Below are positions 50,471-64,000 of a DNA stretch of 64,000 bases, piece by piece (position 1 is the stretch's first letter; each line of letters begins with the position of its first letter). The position numbers and the translations under genes are program-made. Under the pieces are notes generated by a model. That model ran no database searches. It was not told the DNA's origin and worked only from the letters and a program-made list of their open reading frames with translations. The stretch is from Octopus bimaculoides (Eukaryota): assembly GCF_001194135.2 (NCBI RefSeq), contig NC_068983.1:155140465-155204464 (forward strand). Reading direction: 5' to 3'.

Positions 50471-50715
50471 TAACCTCTGTATCGTTCTTTTGTAAAATAG
50501 TAGTAAGATGTGATTCAAAGGAGATTTAGTTACTATTTCTTACAAGTCAAATGGTGACAGGGGAGTCTCCCATTTTAGCTTAGCATATTTTTGTTTTATT
50601 TGGAAAGTTGCTTATGATAGCACTTGATAGGTAGCTGAGTTGTCTTGAAATTTTCCAAAATCAATAGAATTTCATTACTCACTATTCACATGATATCAGT
50701 ACTGGTTGTGTCATC

Positions 50716-50749
<34 letters not shown>

Positions 50750-51726
50750 CCTCCGCTCTTTGTTGTTGCAGCAGCAAAATATCAAATACCCAAAGACAAT
50801 CAAAGTGCAATGTTTTATATGTATATGTATTCCTTTAGATGAGAATGATTAACAGACATAAATATTTAAATTAGAATTCCAATAATTCATGATCTGAGAA
50901 ATGTTATAATATGTAATTAATTCTTCAAATCATTCATTTAGTTGTCCATCATTCTCTTAACTTCAAGAATCTTATGAAAAATCTTATTGAACCAAGAATT
51001 TTATTGATTTCTATGGTTATGTAGTTAAGAAGATTGCTTCATAATCATAACTTTCTCAATTTGATTTCATCACGTAACACCTCAGTCAAGTGTCTTCTTC
51101 CATAACATTCAGTTAATATAAACCTTTTGAGTAAAATTAAATGTACAGAAACTCTGTGGGCACCCATCAGATGGATTGTATTTCAAATGCAAGGGGCTGC
51201 TCATGTTACCCATATACTGAGTTCTGTTGTTGTTTGCTTGAGGACTTTGCTAAGGGTACAAATATCAATAGCATGAATCTTCAGTCACTTGGAATTCATA
51301 GCTTTGATTGTTCTGTTAATCAAAGATCTGGAATACTCAGTTAGTGAAGCCAATATGTGATCTGTTCAATATGTGATCTATTGATCCAATAAGAACATAT
51401 TGTAGTGTTAGCTACCTTTTCATTTTGTGTCTCAAAGGTCCTTCTTCTTTGTTATTTCTATCAGCCATGGAGATGAAGTAGCTGTAGAGGTTTTTCAAGG
51501 TGTTGGTATTACGTAACCCTGAGTCTGCTCTGATCAGGCAGACTCGAAACTAAAGGCTTTCTATCCATGACCATCCCCCTTTTGTTTCAGGCATAGTCCA
51601 CACTGGACTATATTAATCAGTTTGTCTGTTTAGACAGTAGAGTGTGGTCGAGAAGGATTTAGCTGCAACTAGAGAATCTGTCGTTGGCTCACTGATGGTG
51701 GCAGCAGCTGCTGCTATGATATTACG

Positions 51727-52010
51727 TCATCATCATAATCATCGTTTAACGTCCGCTTTCCATGCTAGCATGGGTTGGACGATTTGACTGAGGACTGGTG
51801 AACCAGATGGCTACACCAGGCTCCAATCTGATTTGGCAGAGTTTCTACAACTAGATGCCCTTCCTAATACCAACCACTCCGAGAGTGTAGTGGGTGCTTT
51901 TACGTGACACCGGCACGAGGGCCAGTCAGGCGGAACTGGCAACAGCCACGCTCGAAATGGTGTGTTTTACATGCCACCTTCACAGGAGCCAGTCCATCGG
52001 CACTGGCAAG
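51727..52010 (-). mobile_element. RTE 3' end with about 2 VNTR units
   Basis: Near-identical tail module to 40401 and 63767. Confidence 0.82.
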
Positions 52011-53289
52011 CTGACTATAAATAGGTAATTACAGTTATCTCGAAACTGTCTTCTGAATTGGTGTGACACCTTTTTGCATAAAATCAAGGATTTCTGTTTT
52101 TTACTGGGTATATGTAAAATCAACAGTTTGGTAGGCTGAGTAGATAAGGTGCCAGGCAATTAGCCACAAGATTGATTATTTGATCCTTTTGATCATTAGC
52201 AATGTGTGTCTTGTCTGTATCATAGTGAAAACAGTTCATCTAAATTGTCCAGCCTGTCTACCTAGGTTGGTTGGTCCAACTGGATGAGAGTTGTTTATTT
52301 CTTGGTCAGCTTTGATTGATCAAAACCATTTCACTAATAGCCATCCTCTCTTATCTATCTTGGACTCGATTGACCAATGTGTCCTTCCATTTTTAAAGAT
52401 GGTAGAATTTAATTTGGGAGAATTTGTCTGTTATTTCTAGCAAGTTGAAAGATTGTGTAAAGGCTTTCCTGTTAAGAAATAGAAATCATGTGCAAATTCG
52501 GGGAGTTTGAATATAAAACGAGTTGAATATTTTGGCCAGATGTGGCCAGTTTAGATGCTAAAGAATTAAAGTGTACCACACTGTGTTACAAGAGAATTTT
52601 TATGCCAGTCATGGGCAAACTGCAGCCTGCAAAACTTGCTAAATGACAAGCCTAAAGAAAAATTCCTTAAATTTCTTTGGCCATGCAGTCCACTTGATGA
52701 TAAGCCATGTCTTTATGGTTGCCTCATTAGTTTATCAAATAGAGCATCCTCTACATATTTCACCATTGTAGGAACCAAGTTTGAACTCTTGGCTCTGTAG
52801 TGTACAAGTTCAGCAGCTTAACCTCACAGCTAATGCTGCTTTTTAAACACAGTTCTAAAGATACATTAATTCTCTAAAAATTTTAATGTGATTTTGATTC
52901 TTAACTCTCTAGAGTAACAATAGCAATGAGTAATCAACTTCTTTTAAACATCCATTTATATTTGTACTCAACTTTTATTCTCAGGGGGGATTCTAAAATC
53001 TTTCTTCTCTCCAATTTTGTCTGTATTGTTTACCCATTTCAATTTTAAGATAGAAAGTTCTTTGGCAATTCTGATTTCCACTATCGAAAATGAGAGCACT
53101 GAATTGACCTCAATGCAGACAAATATATGTAGGTGTGCGTTTATGAGAGTGACAATGCTTACGTAGGTTATGTGTGTGCATATGTGCATTTGCTTGTATC
53201 TACATGCATGTTTGCATTGTATATATCATAACATTATATTATATATGTATATGTAGTATATATATATATATATATATATTGTATTATAC

Positions 53290-53364
<75 letters not shown>

Positions 53365-53760
53365 AAAACACATATATATATATATATACATACACACATA
53401 CATGGAGAGAAAGAGAAAGACTATAACAGAGAGAGAGAGAGAGAGACAGAGAGAGATTTTTAGATGTCTCCATTTATTTCTTCAGAGATAGACACTGTGA
53501 GACCAATGATAAACGAAATGAATAAATTGTTTGGGGAATTGTGTTAAATGCTCATGTATTTTTAAAATATGTACCATCTCTATTGTATATGCATTTTTAT
53601 ACGATTTTTAGTTATCATTTATTGATTCATTTATCTGATTTTTTTCTTTTATTTTTCTAAATTTAAATCTGTTTATACGTTTTTTTTTAGTATGTGTGTG
53701 CGTATTTGAATTTTTTTTTTGTTTTTCTGATTTTTTTCTGTTTTATTTTTCCAATTTCAG

Positions 53761-53806
53761 AAATCACTTTTACAACATCAGTATGATATCTTTACAAGAA
53801 AACATG
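53761..53806 (+). CDS. Sema1a: Semaphorin coding exon (46 nt)
   Basis: Long poly-T tract plus ttcAG, donor ATG|gtaaat. Completes the Arg codon in phase 2 and reads NHFYNISMISLQENM (cf. ARNxVYNISL of Sema1a). Confidence 0.9.
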
Positions 53807-54077
53807 GTAAATAAAAATAACACTTATCTTCCCCACCCCCCACCATCACTATAATGTGCTTCTTTTTTTGTTGTAGTTGTTGTTGTTCTTTTGATTGGTT
53901 TTGATTTCTGACAGAAATACACACACACACACACACACACACATACACACACACACACACACACATACACACACACACACACAAAACCTTGGGAGATATG
54001 GACAGGCATACATAAAAGTTTTGATATATACACACTGAGCAACATATGTGTGTGTGTGTGTGTGTGTGGATATACAC

Positions 54078-54131
<54 letters not shown>

Positions 54132-54787
54132 TCACATTAAAATAAAGATGTGCTCACAGGTATTGATAGATTTTGATATAAATACTTGAAAATACACACA
54201 CACACACACACATATATGTATGTATGTATATGTGTGTGTGTATGCACACATTGAGATAGTGGTACATGTACAGATATTAAAATACAAGTATAAATGTATT
54301 GGTTTATATATATATATATATACACACACATGCACACACATACATACATATATGTATAAATATATTGACATACATACAGAAAGATATTAATATTCAGGGA
54401 TAGAGAAATATTGGCATCCACACAGGCATTTTAATATACATCAGCCATGGGCAAAATACTGCCCATGGGGTATTCTGGATGGCATACTTAATGAAAAATC
54501 ACTTTGGATTTTTTTAGTAGTGCAGCCCACTTGCTTGAAATAACATTGACATTATGTGTTGACATTTTGACCCACAAACATAGACAGGGTGAGAAACTGA
54601 CTTACACATGTACGCACTTGCACTCACAAACACATATGCATACATAGGAAGATCATCATGGACAGTTAGTGATATCAACATAAGTATATACAGATATCAA
54701 CGTGAACATAGAGAAACATCGATGTGTGTGAAGGAGACATTGGTATACACAGAGATAACACACATATATAGGCATATTGCCATAGGT

Positions 54788-55125
54788 CAGCATTTCTGAA
54801 CCAGGGTTCCCTGGAGCCCTAGGGTTCCGCAAAAGGTTCCTAGGAGTTCCACGACAAAGAATGAGACAAGCTGATGCTAATTTCATGATCATAATATTAT
54901 TATACATGCACAGCATATTATTGGTTATTATGATATAGACATCATCCTATGTAACTTATTATGTTAGCAAAAAATATAACAACCATATATATATGATATT
55001 TATCACGTAAGCTACAATGGAAAATATGAGAAAGATATAGTATATAATTTTTTTGTGAAGGGATTCCTTGAGACATGTAATTTATTTCAAGGGTTACATA
55101 ATGGTAAAATGGTTGAGAAACCCTG
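54788..55125. mobile_element. hAT-type MITE
   Basis: TIRs cagcatttctgaacc / ggttgagaaaccctg; perfect 8-bp TSD ccataggt at 54780-54787 and 55126-55133. Confidence 0.85.
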
Positions 55126-55393
55126 CCATAGGTGGTAGACAGCAGAATCGGTTGAGCATCTGACAAAATACTTTGTGACATTTGGTTACATCTCTTTACA
55201 TTCTCAATTCAAAACTTGCTTCTCAGTCAGCACACATTTTATCGTTCTGAGGTCGATAAGTACCGGTCTAGACATTCTGGTCTTGATATAATGAACTGCA
55301 GTATTTAATGTCGAGTATGAGTTCCACAATGGTTACTGTTATGTATAATGAGTGAAACCGTTAACTAAATGAATAAAAAAGAATTCACTTAAA

Positions 55394-55597
55394 CACTCTT
55401 TTCTACTCTAGGCACAAGGCCAGAAATTTTTCGGGAGAGGCCAGTCGATTAGATTGAACTCAGTACGCAGCTGGTACTTAATTTATCGACCCTGCAAAGA
55501 TGAAAGTCAGAGTCAACCTCAGCGGGATTTGAACTCAGAATGTAAAGACAGACTAAATACCGCTAAGCATTTCACCCAGCGTGCTAATGTTTCTGCC
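55394..55597 (-). mobile_element. SINE family T2 with TSD
   Basis: 14-bp direct repeat agaattcacttaaa at 55380-55393 and 55598-55611. Confidence 0.82.
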
Positions 55598-55715
55598 AGA
55601 ATTCACTTAAATTTTTGAGTGACTCTAACATTCGCATGTAGACATATTGATATAAACACATACTGCGACATAGTTATACAAATACAGCTGATTTCAAAAG
55701 CAGCCATTTTTAGTG

Positions 55716-55775
55716 TAAGGGTTAGGGTTAGGGTTAGGGTTAGGGTTAGGGTTAGGGTTAGGGTTAGGGTTAGGG
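55716..55775 (+). repeat. Interstitial telomeric repeat (TTAGGG)9 plus one degenerate unit
   Basis: Nine perfect TTAGGG units at 55722-55775, preceded by TAAGGG. Confidence 0.95.
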
Positions 55776-55776
55776 A

Positions 55777-55944
55777 TAAGTCGATTATATTGATTCCAGT
55801 GTTTCATTGGTACTTAATTTATCGACCTTGAAAGGATGAATGGTAAAGTCAACCTTGGCAGAATGTGAAATCAGAACGTAAAGGCAGACGAAATGTCATG
55901 AAGTATTTTGCCTGATGTGCTAAGGAGTCTGCCAGCTCATCACC

Positions 55945-55945
<1 letters not shown>
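55777..55945 (-). mobile_element. SINE family T2, tail replaced by the telomeric tract
   Basis: Conserved ggtacttaatttatcgacc..gaaaggatgaa.gg.aaagtcaacct domain, reverse complement of the T2 body. Confidence 0.75.
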
Positions 55946-55981
<36 letters not shown>

Positions 55982-56504
55982 TAATTTCAATTAGCTATAA
56001 CCACAAACTCAGAAGAGAGGGGACATCTTCTAATTAATCATGTCTGTATTTGACTGGCATTTTATTTTATCATCTCTGGAAGGATGAAAAACAGTCAATC
56101 TTAGCAGGATTAGAGCTCAAAAATCAAAAGAAGTACATTACCAAATGCCACATGACAATTCTCTCTCTCGCTCTCCCTCTCTCTCTCTCTATCTCCTCTC
56201 TCTTTCTCTCTCTCTCTCTCTTTCCCTCTGTCTCCCCCTCTCATTCTCTATCTGTTTTTGCCACTTACAGTACCAGCTGCAACAAATGAAATAATGGCTA
56301 CAAATAAATGCATTTTAAATTTTATCAAAGCCAATTGGCAATTCCCTTATTTATTTGCAGTAAAATTGTCGCCGTGTAATTTGTTTTCAATCGTCATTGT
56401 TACTGTAGTTCTTGTTTTTTGTCTTCTTTAAAATGTTATTTCTCTCCATTTTTATTTTTTTTTTGTGTTCAAAATCATTTGTTTCTTTTCTTTTTTCTTT
56501 GCAG

Positions 56505-56567
56505 CATTCTGAATGGAATGCATCCTCATCTGCAGTTAACAGTTGCACAATTCGAGATAAACCCGAG
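56505..56567 (+). CDS. Sema1a: Semaphorin coding exon (63 nt)
   Basis: Acceptor ttttttctttgcAG, donor GAG|gtttgt. Phase 0/0, HSEWNASSSAVNSCTIRDKPE, with the conserved W..........C..K pattern of the sema domain. Confidence 0.88.
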
Positions 56568-57200
56568 GTTTGTAGTTTCTCCTTTCATAAACCCTAATCT
56601 CTCTCCATTTGTCTGTTCTATCGCTAAATTTCAAACAGCAATATTCACAAATCCCTTTATTGGCTTACTGAACATCTATTACCATTATTATTCCTCTTAT
56701 TGCACTTATCACCGCTATCTCTACCACCACCACCACCACCACCATTATTATTATCATCATCATCGTCATCACTCTTGAATTCATTTGAGAATTGATGATG
56801 ATAATGATAACAATAAATGCTTTTCTTGTTGTCGTCATTCTTCATTGTGCATCTCTTTCAGTAGTTCAGAAGAATGAACGAACATTACAGAGAAGTACAA
56901 AGATTTAATAAAAGCTGAAAAAAAAAAAAAAAAAAAAAAACCTAACCAAATTCTTGAAAGAGAATTAATTCACTGCAATAATCTTCCTTAATTGGAAATA
57001 GTGGTTTAGGTGAATAAGATTCTAAATAGCTTTTTTTTTTTTTTTTTCATTCAGGTATACTAGCAATGCTATATCAACACCTGCTGCAGAGTGCAAAACC
57101 TTTTCTGTGAAATAAGAGTAAAAACTATCTCAGATCTTTCTATTAGTCATTTCTCCACATAGCTCAAAGACTTTCCCAATTCTGTTTGAGAGGATGAGAT

Positions 57201-57578
57201 TCATCATCATCATCATCATCATCATTTAATGTCTTCCTTCCATGCTGGCACAGGTGAGATGGTTTGACAGGAGCTGGCCAGTGGGGGAGCCTGCGCCTTG
57301 CTGCTGTCTGTTTTGGAAGGGTTTTTTTATGGCTGGATGCCCTACTTAACACCAACCATGCCGTAGAGTCGGCTGAGTGCTTTTTATGTGGCACTCGCAC
57401 AAGCGAGGTCAGTTTTGGCGTGGATGTTAAATAATAATGATGAGCTGTAGAAGCTCTGCCAAATCAGATTGGAGCCTGGTGTCGCCTCCTGGTCCACCAG
57501 TCCTCAGTCAAATCGTCCAACCCATGCTAGCATGGAAAGCGGACATTAAACGACGACGATGATGATGATGATGATGAT
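57201..57578. mobile_element. Head-to-head pair of RTE-tail repeats (57201-57420 minus, 57443-57578 plus)
   Basis: (CAT)n tail on the left, (GAT)n tail on the right. Confidence 0.78.
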
Positions 57579-58558
57579 ATATAATACACACACACAAATT
57601 ACAGAAGCATATTGAATATTGTCTAAAAGTAAAATTGAGATGATTTGAGAAAGTTATTTGTAAAGAATTAGGAGTGATGAGAATAATTTTGAGACTGTTA
57701 ATGTTTGTGGGTTTCATTTTTTTTATCATTATTATTATTCGGTTGGGTTGAGTGGGTAAAGTACTCATTTTAAAATAGCCTGATTATAATTTTGATCATT
57801 GATAACCCTGACCATGGTTGCCTTTTTTAATGAACAAGTGTTTGGGTAAAGATTGAACTTACAAACCTTCATTTCATGTTCTAGTGGTATTATCAGCAAA
57901 ACCAGAAATTTGAAATAACTGTTGTTCAATCATAGAAAAGTAGACATTAAAATAATAATAAAGATTGCTGCTACTACTACTACTACTACAACTACTACTT
58001 TTCATTATCAGACTTTGTGTTTTTTTTTTTGTTTTTTTTTTATTCTAAATGGCCAGACATTGCTACTCAGCTAACAACAGACAGTAGTTATTCATTCCAT
58101 GTTTTGACAATTCTAACCACTTTGCCAGACTCTCAAAATCACCAGCACAAGACTTATTAGATACCACTAATATGACTTCAGAATATGTAAAGAATCGGCT
58201 TCACTTTATATATGGGTAAACAGGAATGGAACAGGAAAGAAAATCTTGAAATTTTATCGTATTTATTTATAGAAAACAGTTCTTGAACCTTTGGTTCCTA
58301 TACTCTCATAGGGTACAGATACATACTCTGCTCTCCATGATAAAAGCTGCATTTTTGTAGATCATATTTAAAAAAAAAAAAAAATTGCAGCAGTGTAAAA
58401 TTCCATGGTGTTTTTTTTTTTTGCCTTTCTAAAAAGCTTCTTTGTTGAAGATAATAAAGAATGCTTTCACATCGACATTTAAACATATATATATATATAT
58501 ANNNNNNNNNNNNNNNNNNNNNNNNNNNNNNNNNNNNNNNNNATATATACTCATTATC

Positions 58559-58690
58559 ATCCAGCTGTAGAAACTCTGCCAAATTAGATTGGAGCCTGGT
58601 GTTGCCATCCGGTTTCACCAGTCCTCAGTCAAATCGTCCAACCCATGCTAGCATGGAAAGCGGACGTTAAACGACGATGATGATGATGAT
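58559..58690 (+). mobile_element. RTE-tail repeat
   Basis: ccagctgtagaaactctgcc...catggaaagcggacgttaaacgacgatgatg. Confidence 0.8.
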
Positions 58691-59241
58691 TGTTTTGACA
58701 TTCATTTTTCTATGCCCCTTATGGGTCAGACAAAATTTGTTGAAGCAGATTTCTGTTGGTCAACATACATATATATATACATAATTTATTATGTACATAT
58801 GTGTGTGTATATATATAATATTATCATTGGAAAAAAATTTAAAGTTTTACAGTTGTTTCTGGGATATCCCCAAGTATAGGATATTCTGTCATAGGAGACA
58901 AATAGGGAAAAATAGGGAAAATGAGAAAGGTATATATGGGATGACGACATAGAGGAAAAGAGTAAAACATAAGGAGTTGGAGAGAAAGAAGAACAATGAA
59001 GCATAAAAGTTCAGCGTTCAGCTTTCCAATGTTGTAGAAACAAAAGCATAGGTGCAATAATAATAATAATGTATACAACTTGAGTTGTTTGCCTTGACTT
59101 AATGTTTGGTGTCCTCTTTAATTATTATATATCCGGTGCATTGGAAATCTGCAATGGCTCCATAACTACCATCTCGGCTATAACCTTGGAAGCTAGCATA
59201 CCTAATCGTTTAGATCACCTGTGAACTAAACCTCTATACTT

Positions 59242-59357
<116 letters not shown>

Positions 59358-60575
59358 NNNNNNNNNNNNNNNNNNNNNNNNNNNNNNNNNNNNNNNNNNN
59401 NNNNNNNNNNNNNNNNNNNNNNNNNNNNNNNNNNNNNNNNNNNNNNNNNNNNNNNNNNNNNNNNNNNNNNNNNNNNNNNNNNNNNNNNNNNNNNNNNNNN
59501 NNNNNNNNNNNNNNNNNNNNNNNNNNNNNNNNNNNNNNNNNNNNNNNNNNNNNNNNNNNNNNNNNNNNNNNNNNNNNNNNNNNNNNNNNNNNNNNNNNNN
59601 NNNNNNNNNNNNNNNNNNNNNNNNNNNNNNNNNNNNNNNNNNNNNNNNNNNNNNNNNNNNNNNNNNNNNNNNNNNNNNNNNNNNNNNNNNNNNNNNNNNN
59701 NNNNNNNNNNNNNNNNNNNNNNNNNNNNNNNNNNNNNNNNNNNNNNNNNNNNNNNNNNNNNNNNNNNNNNNNNNNNNNNNNNNNNNNNNNNNNNNNNNNN
59801 NNNNNNNNNNNTATATATATATATATATATATATATGAATTTGTATGTTGTTGATGGTTGATGTTTAACCTCAAATCAACTCTGATTGAGCAGATTTATG
59901 ATTGAAAGCCCTCCAGCCAGCACAACGTTATCCAATGCTGGAGAGTGATATAAGGGAGATTTCCATCTGATCAAATGACAACAGAGAGACCTTGGATGTC
60001 TCAGGTATGTGTGTGTGTGTGTGTGTGTGTGCACGTGCGTGCATGTACGCACACCTGTGTGTCTCTACACTCACATGCTTGTTCCGAACAGGTGATTCAT
60101 TCTGTGATCATGCAGAACTTCCTCCTATATGTAAATCATTCTGATGACAAATTGACTCTCTAGTTTCAAACAAATAAATAAAACACGTTCTCTCTTTTGT
60201 ACATTCAAGTATGTGTGTATCTATCTATCTATCTATATATATATATATATCTATATATATATATATATATATATATNNNNNNNNNNNNNNNNNNNNNNNN
60301 NNNNNNNNNNNNNNNNNNNNNNNNNNNNNNNNNNNNNNNNNNNNNNNNNNNNNNNNNNNNNNNNNNNNNNNNNNNNNNNNNNNNNNNNNNNNNNNNNNNN
60401 NNNNNNNNNNNNNNNNNNNNNNNNNNNNNNNNNNNNNNNNNNNNNNNNNNNNNNNNNNNNNNNNNNNNNNNNNNNNNNNNNNNNNNNNNNNNNNNNNNNN
60501 NNNNNNNNNNNNNNNNNNNNNNNNNNNNNNNNNNNNNNNNNNNNNNNNNNNNNNNNNNNNNNNNNNNATACATAT

Positions 60576-61065
60576 ACTCTGCCAAATTAGATTGGAGCCT
60601 GGTGTAGCCATCCGGTTGCACCAGTCCTCAGTCAAATCGTCCAACCCATGCTAGCATGGAAAGCGGACGATAAACAATGATGATGATGATACATATATTT
60701 TATTATATGTATTTATTTTCTCCTAATTAATAAATAACTCGGACAAAATAAATTGGTTAATAGATACCAGGGTAGCAAAGATCACAAAATGTCTGTGGTG
60801 TAACTCCTGTTTATGAGGTAGAAACTCCTAGATATGTTGGGTACTTGAGTAAATATAAATTTAATGAATGGAGTAAAACGCATATGGAAATAAAAGTATG
60901 CAGTTAACATATGCGTTTTACTCCATTCATAAAATTTATATATATACATATATATACATACATATATGTACATATATATATATATACACATATATATATA
61001 CATACATATATATACATATAAATATATATATACATACATATATACGTGTATATATATACATATAC

Positions 61066-61146
<81 letters not shown>

Positions 61147-61411
61147 CATATATGTACATATATATATATATACACATATATATACATACATATATACGTA
61201 TATATATATACATATATATACATACATACATCATCATCATCATCATCGTTTAGCGTCCGCTTTCCATGCTAGCATGGGTTGGACGATTTGACTGAGGACT
61301 GGTGAAACCAGATGGCTACATGAGGCTCCAATCTGATTTAGCAGTTTCTACAGCTGGATGCCCTTCCTAATGCCAACCACTCTGAGAGCGTAGTGGGTGT
61401 TTTTACGTGCC
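60576..61411. mobile_element. Tail-to-tail pair of RTE-tail repeats (60576-60690 plus, 61229-61411 minus) around an AT/AC cryptic satellite
   Basis: Near-identical reverse-complementary modules about 540 bp apart. Confidence 0.8.
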
Positions 61412-61671
61412 ATGGTATGCATTTCAAATTTGCCGCAGGACTTGATACCGCTGATGCTCCTTTCTTTAAGTGACAATTGCAGAAGTTTTTAATTAAGGGG
61501 CAAGTCACTGAGCTGTAGAAAGCCTTTTAACTGAGTGCAATACTCTGTAGTCTGACTGTTGTTAAGAGAACTTGGAATAGCTGAATGGCTTGTGAAACAT
61601 GTACAGAGATACTGTCAGTTAGGTGAGAGCAATGTATTTAGTGATGAATTTAGTGTGCATATCTTATCATA

Positions 61672-62034
61672 GAGGAGGTGCAATGGCCCAGTGGTTAGGG
61701 CAGCGGACTCGCGGTCATAAGATCGCGGTTTTGATTCCCAGACCGGGCGTTGTGAGTGTTTATTGAGCGAAAACACCTAAAGCTCCACGAGGCTCCGGCA
61801 GGGGATGGTGGCGAACCCTGCTGTACTCTTTCACCACAACTTCTGTTGTACCTGTATTTCAAAGGGCCAGCCTTGTCACACTGTGTCACGCTGAATATCC
61901 CCGAGAACTACGTTAAGGGTACATGTGTCTGTGGAGTGCTCAGCCACTTGCACGTTAATTTCATGAGCAGGCTGTTCCGTTGATCGGATCAACAGGAACC
62001 CTTGACGTTGTAAGCGATGGAGTGCCAACAACAA
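61672..62034 (+). mobile_element. SINE family T3, full length
   Basis: Colinear with 32068-32454 apart from a ~25-bp internal deletion. 9-bp TSD cttatcata at 61663-61671 and 62035-62043. Confidence 0.9.
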
Positions 62035-62125
62035 CTTATCATACAGCTGTTGTTCTCAGCCCCTTCCTGGTTATTGTATTTTTCCCGAGCGTAATGTGGA
62101 ATTACAGGTGTAAAAGGACATCATA

Positions 62126-62745
62126 TGCAATAGATGCACAGAAGTAGTTTGTGCTGAGAGTGCCTATGGAATAAATTTTCAAATTCTTAAGGGTTCCCTA
62201 GAAGTAATTGTTAAAGACTTTTTTCCGAGGTTACTACATTAACAGTTGATAGTTCTAGGAGCATAAGAGCCAGGAACTATCATTGCTTCTACTAGCAATG
62301 AAAGGATTCCTTTTCCAAATGAAGGAAGGATATAATTTTATGATGCATGTATACAGTTTGTGTTGTTACATCATAGTGAACATTGCCATTGAATATAGAG
62401 GCTGTTAATAAAAGCTGGAAAGATATAAAGTAAACATGTTATAATGTATAATGTTAGTGTGCCTGAATGTTCAAATACAAATGAGCTGAATCAAAAGTTG
62501 GATGGGAAAGGTATTAGATGCAGTGTGCAAGAGAGAAGACTGTGCTGGTACAAATGCATGATGCATTTCGAGGATGATATTTGGTTACAGAAGTGCCTAG
62601 CAATCGAAGTAGAAGAGAGTTGCAGAAGAGAAATGACAAAAGACCACAACAAATAGTGAGATGTTGTGCTGGAGAAGACCCATCCAACCCATGAAAGCAA
62701 GGAAAAACAGATATTGAATAATAATGATGGTTGTGGTTGGTGGTA
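62126..62745 (+). pseudogene. RTE LINE ORF2 C-terminal remnant with tail
   Basis: QELSLLLLAMKGF.. / YDACIQFVLLHHSE / MYNVSV...GIRCSVQERRLCWY..MMHFEDD...KC..IEVEESCRR, then ..LEKTHPTH running directly into the tail module. Confidence 0.82.
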
Positions 62746-62829
62746 ATGATAACAATGTGCATATAATAATAATAATGTTAATAATAATAATAATTATGTA
62801 AATATTACCTTCTATTATGTCATTAACAG

Positions 62830-62931
62830 AATTGTCAGAACTACATACGTGTTATTGCCCTTAATGAGACGAATTTGTTTGTTTGTGGCACCAATGCATT
62901 TAAGCCTATTTGTCGGTCCTATGATATTGAG
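62830..62931 (+). CDS. Sema1a: Semaphorin coding exon (102 nt)
   Basis: Acceptor ttaacAG, donor GAG|gtaagt. Reads NCQNYIRVIALNETNLFVCGTNAFKPICRSYDIE, containing the hallmark sema motifs CQNYIRV and CGTNAFKPxCR. The gene continues past the window. Confidence 0.96.
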
Positions 62932-63551
62932 GTAAGTTGTGGTTTCTTGTTTTTATTTACTTATTTATTTTTTTATTGTGTGGCATATCTCAGCCTATGA
63001 TAGATATCTTGAATCACAGTTTGTCATTTTAAACAAATCCATTTGCCCTATATTAACATTTCACTGATCCAGACTGCTTTAATTAGATCCACTACAAGCA
63101 GACACTGTGTACTTTTGCAGCCTTTTGCTTAGGTCAGTTGAAGCACTGTGTAATTCTATGTTTAATTAGCTTCTGATATTTAACTGAAAATCTTTCACAT
63201 GAGGCATCAACTGTTTAGCCCCAGGTCAGCTGGAATTGAGTAAACTTGTGATGGAAAGAAATCCAGCTATTCCTAACCTGTTTTAATTCAGATTTTAGTG
63301 TATCTAGGACTACTACATTATCTAACGTGTCTTTCTTTTTTAAAATGGTAACATCTATGAGAGAATGGTCTTGCTGCTCTTTGTATCAGATTGAGCAGCC
63401 TTGTTGTGGCTCTGGTGGTAGTTTCCACCAGAGTGTCTTGCTTCAGTATTTCATGCCAACAAATTCTTTGAACAGAGGTTCCTAACAAAAGCTGGAGATG
63501 CACCTCACATTACATTGATATAGGAAGAATTTTGCTTCAGTAAATTGTTAT

Positions 63552-64000
63552 CTTTTACTTGTTTCAATCACTTCCCTGCAGCCATGCTGGAGCACTGCCT
63601 TGATTTTCTTTTTTTTTTTTTTTGTTGACTGTAGGACATATTTTTTCAAGACTAGTACTTATTCTATTGGTCTCTTTTGCTGAACTGCTATGTTTTGGAG
63701 ATGTAAACACACCAACACCAGTTATCAAATAGTGATGGGGGACAAACATGGACAGAAAGATACATACATCATCATCATCATCATCATCGTTTAACGTCCG
63801 CTTTCCATGCTAGCATGGGTTGGACGATTTGACTGAGGACTGGTGAAACCGGATGGCAACACCAGGCTCCAGTCTGATTTGGCAGAGTTTCTACAGCTGG
63901 ATGCCCTTCCTAACGCCAACCACTCAGAGAGTGTAGTGGGTGCTTTTACGTGTCACCCGCACGAAAACGGCCACGCTCGAAATGGTGTCTTTTATGTGCC
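63552..64000 (-). mobile_element. T1 SINE 3' half (63552-63766) joined at its microsatellite to an RTE-tail repeat (63767-64000)
   Basis: T1 tail and body in reverse complement, then atacatacatcatcatc followed by the RTE module and the first VNTR unit. Confidence 0.8.

Noticed and set aside
57055-57113. Strong acceptor followed by YTSNAISTPAAECKTFSVK, loosely like exon 56505 (mutually exclusive exon?)
   Set aside because: Wrong phase, lacks the conserved W, ends in a stop, and has no donor.

Overview
This is AT-rich animal genomic DNA from a gapped draft assembly, with many N runs flanked by microsatellites. The extreme (AT)n/(CA)n/(ATT)n density and the repeat families point to a coleoid cephalopod, most likely Octopus (inference). 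The window is mostly intron and repeat sequence of one + strand gene: a class-1/6-like semaphorin, whose short N-terminal sema-domain exons lie at 48892-48991, 53761-53806, 56505-56567 and 62830-62931, with a weaker candidate exon at 33915-33963. None of these exons is an ORF of its own in the ORF track. The remainder contains at least four tRNA-derived SINE families, many 5'-truncated RTE LINE 3' ends (some with a ~62-bp VNTR), a Dong/R4-type RLE retroposon remnant, piggyBac, hAT and mariner MITEs, and an interstitial (TTAGGG)n tract. The most notable structure is at 49222-49796. It is a single insertion bounded by a 17-bp target-site duplication, in which a tRNA-derived Pol III head is joined through (TAA)n to a Penelope-type minimal hammerhead ribozyme. 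The unit is present as an inverted pair about 230 bp into a semaphorin intron.
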